Source: Nitrospinaceae bacterium
GTDB taxonomy: Bacteria; Nitrospinota; Nitrospinia; Nitrospinales; Nitrospinaceae
Reading direction: 5' to 3'
Assembly: GCA_965223665.1 (NCBI GenBank)
Contig: OZ245011.1
Coordinates: forward strand, 1,632,001-1,696,000
DNA length: 64,000 bases
Made by a program: the position numbers and the translations under genes. Of the stretch, positions 60,548-64,000 are shown in pieces. Position 1 is the first letter of the stretch; each line of letters starts with the position of its first letter. The notes beneath the pieces were generated by a model. The model was not told the DNA's origin, made no database searches, and saw only the letters and a program-made list of their open reading frames with translations.

Positions 60548-61231
60548 TTAATCCGAATTTGGTGGTGATGGATAAATAACAGCCCAATCGTAAGAAGATG
60601 TCTCGTTCTTCTTTACAAAAAACTTTTTATCTAAGTTATTTACCAATTGCGCAACATGCACATATGCCGGCCATTCTTCAATCTTAAATATCGAAACTCC
60701 TTTTGTCCTGGTAGCTAGTATCACTTTATTGCACTCTTTTCCATACATTAGGACAGTGGGTAAAATATCAACAATCATATAACCATCTTTATTCGGGCCT
60801 ATTAGCTTCTTGAACTTATAACAAGCCCGAGTCAGCCTAAATTCATCCGTACAGTCCCCATCTGCAAGATAAAAATCAGGCTTTTTTACCTGACACCCTT
60901 TCCTTGTATAAAAGGGACAACACACTTTTCGTAACTTGGTTTCTTGATCTTCTTTAATATTTATAATTTGAAGATCTCGAAAGGTGGCATCACTTTTTTC
61001 TATAACCGAATTTATTCGGTTCAAAAGGTCCTCATCCATTTCGTTGGATGAAGTCTTAAAACAAAGGGAAGTAAAAGATTCTTTTTCTACCCTCATCTGC
61101 GCTAAATAAACCCGATGAACTTCCTCTGCGTTCAAGAGCAATTCCAGCAATGCCTGCTTCAGTTTGTTTTCCTCAAGCCCAACTCGCTCTTCAACAAAAA
61201 TAATATCTTTAGGATCGCTAATGAATTTCAT
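60548..61231 (-). CDS. Hypothetical protein with an SseB-C-terminal-like N-terminal half
   Basis: E.KLKQAL..LL....V.RVYLA pattern; AT-rich. Confidence 0.55.
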   Translation of the reverse strand: MKFISDPKDIIFVEERVGLEENKLKQALLELLLNAEEVHRVYLAQMRVEKESFTSLCFKTSSNEMDEDLLNRINSVIEKSDATFRDLQIINIKEDQETKLRKVCCPFYTRKGCQVKKPDFYLADGDCTDEFRLTRACYKFKKLIGPNKDGYMIVDILPTVLMYGKECNKVILATRTKGVSIFKIEEWPAYVHVAQLVNNLDKKFFVKKNETSSYDWAVIYPSPPNSD

Positions 61232-61266
61232 TTTTTACTAGATATTCTTATTAAGAATAATGGTTT

Positions 61267-61632
61267 TCATTTCAGGTTCACCCAGCACTCTCGGTCAGTC
61301 GACCACCTTACGCCTTTCGGTTCAATGACCCAATCTCCACTTTCAGATTTTTCCTTTTCAAGCATTTTCTCAACATCCGCTTTATTGAATTTATGAATTA
61401 CTTTCCGGTTTGATAAAACTTCAATTTTTTTTATAGATGAGTTTTCTTTTCCCAGGGATTGGGATTGACACAAGTAGATGAGACCTGTCTTTTTAGTCCC
61501 ATCCTCGTAATACACATTCAATTCAATATTATGAGAATATTCATTTCTTAAACTAGGACCATAGTTAAAAACGCATCCAAATAAATTTAAAATTAAAACA
61601 AAACAAAAAATAAATTGGCTGAGTTTATTCAT
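61267..61632 (-). CDS. Small hypothetical lipoprotein
   Basis: Signal peptide with an LFGC lipobox. Confidence 0.65.
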   Translation of the reverse strand: MNKLSQFIFCFVLILNLFGCVFNYGPSLRNEYSHNIELNVYYEDGTKKTGLIYLCQSQSLGKENSSIKKIEVLSNRKVIHKFNKADVEKMLEKEKSESGDWVIEPKGVRWSTDRECWVNLK

Positions 61633-61680
61633 CACTTTCCATTGGTTTTTTCCCAACCTTAAATTCCATAAGATTCCTTT

Positions 61681-62085
61681 CTATTCCCCACCAAAAGCCG
61701 TGAGTATTTGACCTGATTGCGCATCCACAAATACACTGAGATTTCCTCCCACCATTAATTTTTTGGGTGCTAAAAAAACCATCCAATAAACTTTCCCTTC
61801 AAGCTTTTTTTTATGAAGTACAGAATCCTTATCACCCTGCAAAGGAACTTTTGGCAAACTAGAGTTCCATGGAACAGAATGCAGAGAAGTTTTTATTTTC
61901 ATAGTTTTTACATCGAAACCCCATTTAATGGCTTCTTGTTTTGCAATTTCTATTGCATCCTCCTTACTGATGGAGGGTTTCTTAGCCATACTATTTTCGG
62001 TTTCATGAGCATCCGTATTTACCGAAGACAAAAAGCAAACAAAGAATGCCAATAAAATAATCGATTTAATTATTTCTCTTTTCAT
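61681..62085 (-). CDS. Exported PepSY-like (inhibitor/immunity-type) protein
   Basis: ISKEDAIEIAK...YWMV...VFVDAQSGQIL. Confidence 0.65.
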   Translation of the reverse strand: MKREIIKSIILLAFFVCFLSSVNTDAHETENSMAKKPSISKEDAIEIAKQEAIKWGFDVKTMKIKTSLHSVPWNSSLPKVPLQGDKDSVLHKKKLEGKVYWMVFLAPKKLMVGGNLSVFVDAQSGQILTAFGGE

Positions 62086-62100
62086 ATTTATCTCACTGAA

Positions 62101-62655
62101 TTAAACAGCACCCTGCTCACGGGGTTGATGATGAAGGAACATCACAAGATCACGCACGGTATTCACTTTGTCGTAATAAGGATTCTGTTCGTAGTTATCC
62201 AAACTCCGTTGAGTGCGGAGTGTAAGTTGGTCCGCGACCATATATTCAAAATCCTCTTCATCAATTTCCAGATCATCAAAGATGTGATCGTCTGCTCGAA
62301 TGGGAACTATCATATCCTCATATCTTACATACATCTGTAACTGTTCATAAACCGCACGAAGGATACGGGTATCCAGTTTTCTATAGTCAAAGGAACGAGC
62401 AAAGTTGCATATGGATTCCCCCTGCCTGCTTTGGACAAGTTCTTCAATTCGCTGCTTATTTTTTCTATCGAAATACCAAAATAAAAGTGCCAATAAAAAG
62501 ACAGGAATCAACACTAAAGGGTAAGACACTATAAACACCAGAGCACAAATACCTATAAGCACCAAAAAACTATTACCGATCGAATCCACCACATTCATTT
62601 TGATTTTTTGATCGTGTTTGGAATCTTTCTCTCTTTTTCTCGAAGGTTCTTTCAT
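62101..62655 (-). CDS. Membrane protein with an acidic acyl-carrier-like C-terminal domain
   Basis: GAGGAGG RBS; TM hairpin; PIRADD....DL.ID.EDF...TVRDLV. Confidence 0.6.
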   Translation of the reverse strand: MKEPSRKREKDSKHDQKIKMNVVDSIGNSFLVLIGICALVFIVSYPLVLIPVFLLALLFWYFDRKNKQRIEELVQSRQGESICNFARSFDYRKLDTRILRAVYEQLQMYVRYEDMIVPIRADDHIFDDLEIDEEDFEYMVADQLTLRTQRSLDNYEQNPYYDKVNTVRDLVMFLHHQPREQGAV

Positions 62656-62696
62656 AGTGGTTTCCTCCTCATTATTATCTTTTTGTGAATCCAGAG

Positions 62697-62897
62697 TTAT
62701 GCTGAGTTTTGGCGAGTGAGTGGCCAGTCGATAAAAGAGAACACCCACAGGAATATCACATTCACCAGGGGCACCAGGGTCAACAGTCCCCACCAAACCG
62801 AGAAGCCGGCTTTGCGCAATACGATCGTGGCGATGATCGACGGCGGCAACACAATTCCAAAAATCAAAAACGTTTCGGGTAATCCTAAAGGCATCAT
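62697..62897 (-). CDS. Small membrane protein (DUF805-like)
   Basis: RKAGFS.WW.LL.LVPLVNVIFLW.F.F..WP. Confidence 0.7.
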   Translation of the reverse strand: MMPLGLPETFLIFGIVLPPSIIATIVLRKAGFSVWWGLLTLVPLVNVIFLWVFSFIDWPLTRQNSA

Positions 62898-62974
62898 TGA
62901 TCGTTCACTTTCTTCATAATGTTATTCCCTCAATTCCACGTAACAAACAAATAACAAATTAATATGAATAGGAA

Positions 62975-63079
62975 CCCATGTGTTCCCCCTTTATGAAGGG
63001 GGCTAGGGGGATTTTTCCTTATTCTTAAAATCCCAAGCGGTCAATCACCCTAACCCTCTTTAGAAAAGAGGGTATACAT
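62975..63079. repeat. Two oppositely oriented REP-like palindromes
   Basis: 62975-63015 (CCCCCTT/AAGGGGG type) and 63027-63079 (CCCTCTT/AAGAGGG type), each matching copies elsewhere in the window. Confidence 0.85.
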
Positions 63080-63131
63080 TGGTCTGCACTTTTATATTGT
63101 GCTTGCCTTGTTCTTAGCCCATCGCCCGTTT

Positions 63132-63332
63132 TTAATCTTTTTTTGGGTTCAGTGACTCCTGCCAGGGGAAGATGATTAAGATTAGTCCGCACACAATGAT
63201 CCCGAAGTACGGCACCAATGAAAACAGGCTGGTGACCGGAGGCAAACCGACGCGCTGAAAGATGCGCCACATGGGATATGCAAACGCAATTCCCGATAAT
63301 AGTACCGCCACTAAATAATCTTCCAATTTCAC
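63132..63332 (-). CDS. Small membrane protein, paralog of 62697
   Basis: WRIFQRVGLP...SL..LVPY.GII......IFPW; GGAG RBS before a GTG start. Confidence 0.65.
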   Translation of the reverse strand: MKLEDYLVAVLLSGIAFAYPMWRIFQRVGLPPVTSLFSLVPYFGIIVCGLILIIFPWQESLNPKKD

Positions 63333-63543
63333 TTACTCCATTAAGATTTCATAGCCTGAAACCCCTATTCTACCTCATTTTTATTGAGCTGAAAAACTTA
63401 ACCTATAATGGAAAGAGTTACTTTTCTTAAAATTAAATTTCTACTCGAAATCTTCAAAAATTATTTATTTTTCCATACGTTTCGAAAACATACGGTTTAT
63501 ACTAAACAGGAAAGTTCGTTTTAGTATTTCAGGAAAAACTTTA

Positions 63544-63828
63544 ATGGAATCCAAATTCAAGAGTGATTTAAAATATGCTGCCTTATGGGCACTTTTAAGT
63601 ATTCCCATTTCTATTATGGGTGCTTTAATGAGTTGGGCAATAGTCCACGGTGGAGAGATATTGGCTCTTCCGGTTCTTCCGGCCATTATAGTCATTAATT
63701 ATTTGGAAGAATACAAAGTATTGCCACAATGGTTTATTCTGGGAATCGCCCTTGTAGCTCAATACATTGCTTATTTTATATTTTTTTATGGATTTACAAA
63801 GTTATTCAAATATCGAGAGAAAAAATAA
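63544..63828 (+). CDS. Small 3-TM membrane protein, hypothetical
   Basis: AGGA RBS, ATG start, hydrophobic segments. Confidence 0.6.
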   Translation: MESKFKSDLKYAALWALLSIPISIMGALMSWAIVHGGEILALPVLPAIIVINYLEEYKVLPQWFILGIALVAQYIAYFIFFYGFTKLFKYREKK

Positions 63829-64000
63829 TTCAAACAAAACCAGAACTTGTGAATTTTATGAGAAAGAAACCATTTCTAAGTGTGGTTCCATTAAAACTGA
63901 TAAGCGATTCCAAAAGTTACCTGGTTAAAGGAAGGATCGCTGTGAGTTAATATCCCGGGGAATTGAGGTGCAAAATCAATGGTGGTTTTCTTCCTGAATT

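Noticed and set aside
56753-63332. Integron gene-cassette array
   Set aside because: Genes mostly abut or overlap, and the few spacers lack recognisable attC structure.

Overview
This is an accessory, conflict-rich 64 kb bacterial window from a Gram-negative organism (many lipoproteins and Sec-exported proteins). I see no core housekeeping genes, rRNA, tRNA, CRISPR array, transposase or integrase. In order, it contains: a secreted vWA protein with an Ig-like repeat partner; a large secreted tyrosinase-HEAT fusion; an LRR-Roc-COR-TIR-like (Roco) protein; a seven-gene CsgG/TPR/beta-propeller/redoxin operon; a cassette-like tract where two type II TA modules and an orphan toxin-immunity block are each bracketed by copies of a modular intergenic repeat; a Sec-exported SpvB/FG-GAP/RHS toxin interrupted by one in-frame TAG and carrying a duplicated DNRLRE-like insert; an oxygen/c-di-GMP chemosensory cluster (truncated globin, PilZ, PAS-MCP, GGDEF, frameshifted Cache-MCP) in which both MCP genes are followed by the same covarying twin-hairpin RNA; a CHASE/PAS two-component pair; a PiT transporter; a TPR gene and a NACHT gene; a GNAT TA module; and a poly-immunity-like array of small lipoprotein and membrane genes. 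The best candidate for an undescribed system is the abutting TPR + NACHT pair. The two proteins share an N-terminal GD(K)V(G) pentapeptide-repeat motif that is conserved in protein but largely recoded in DNA, which suggests a split NLR coupled through an amyloid-like homotypic motif. All domain calls come from motif recognition by eye; no database searches were run.
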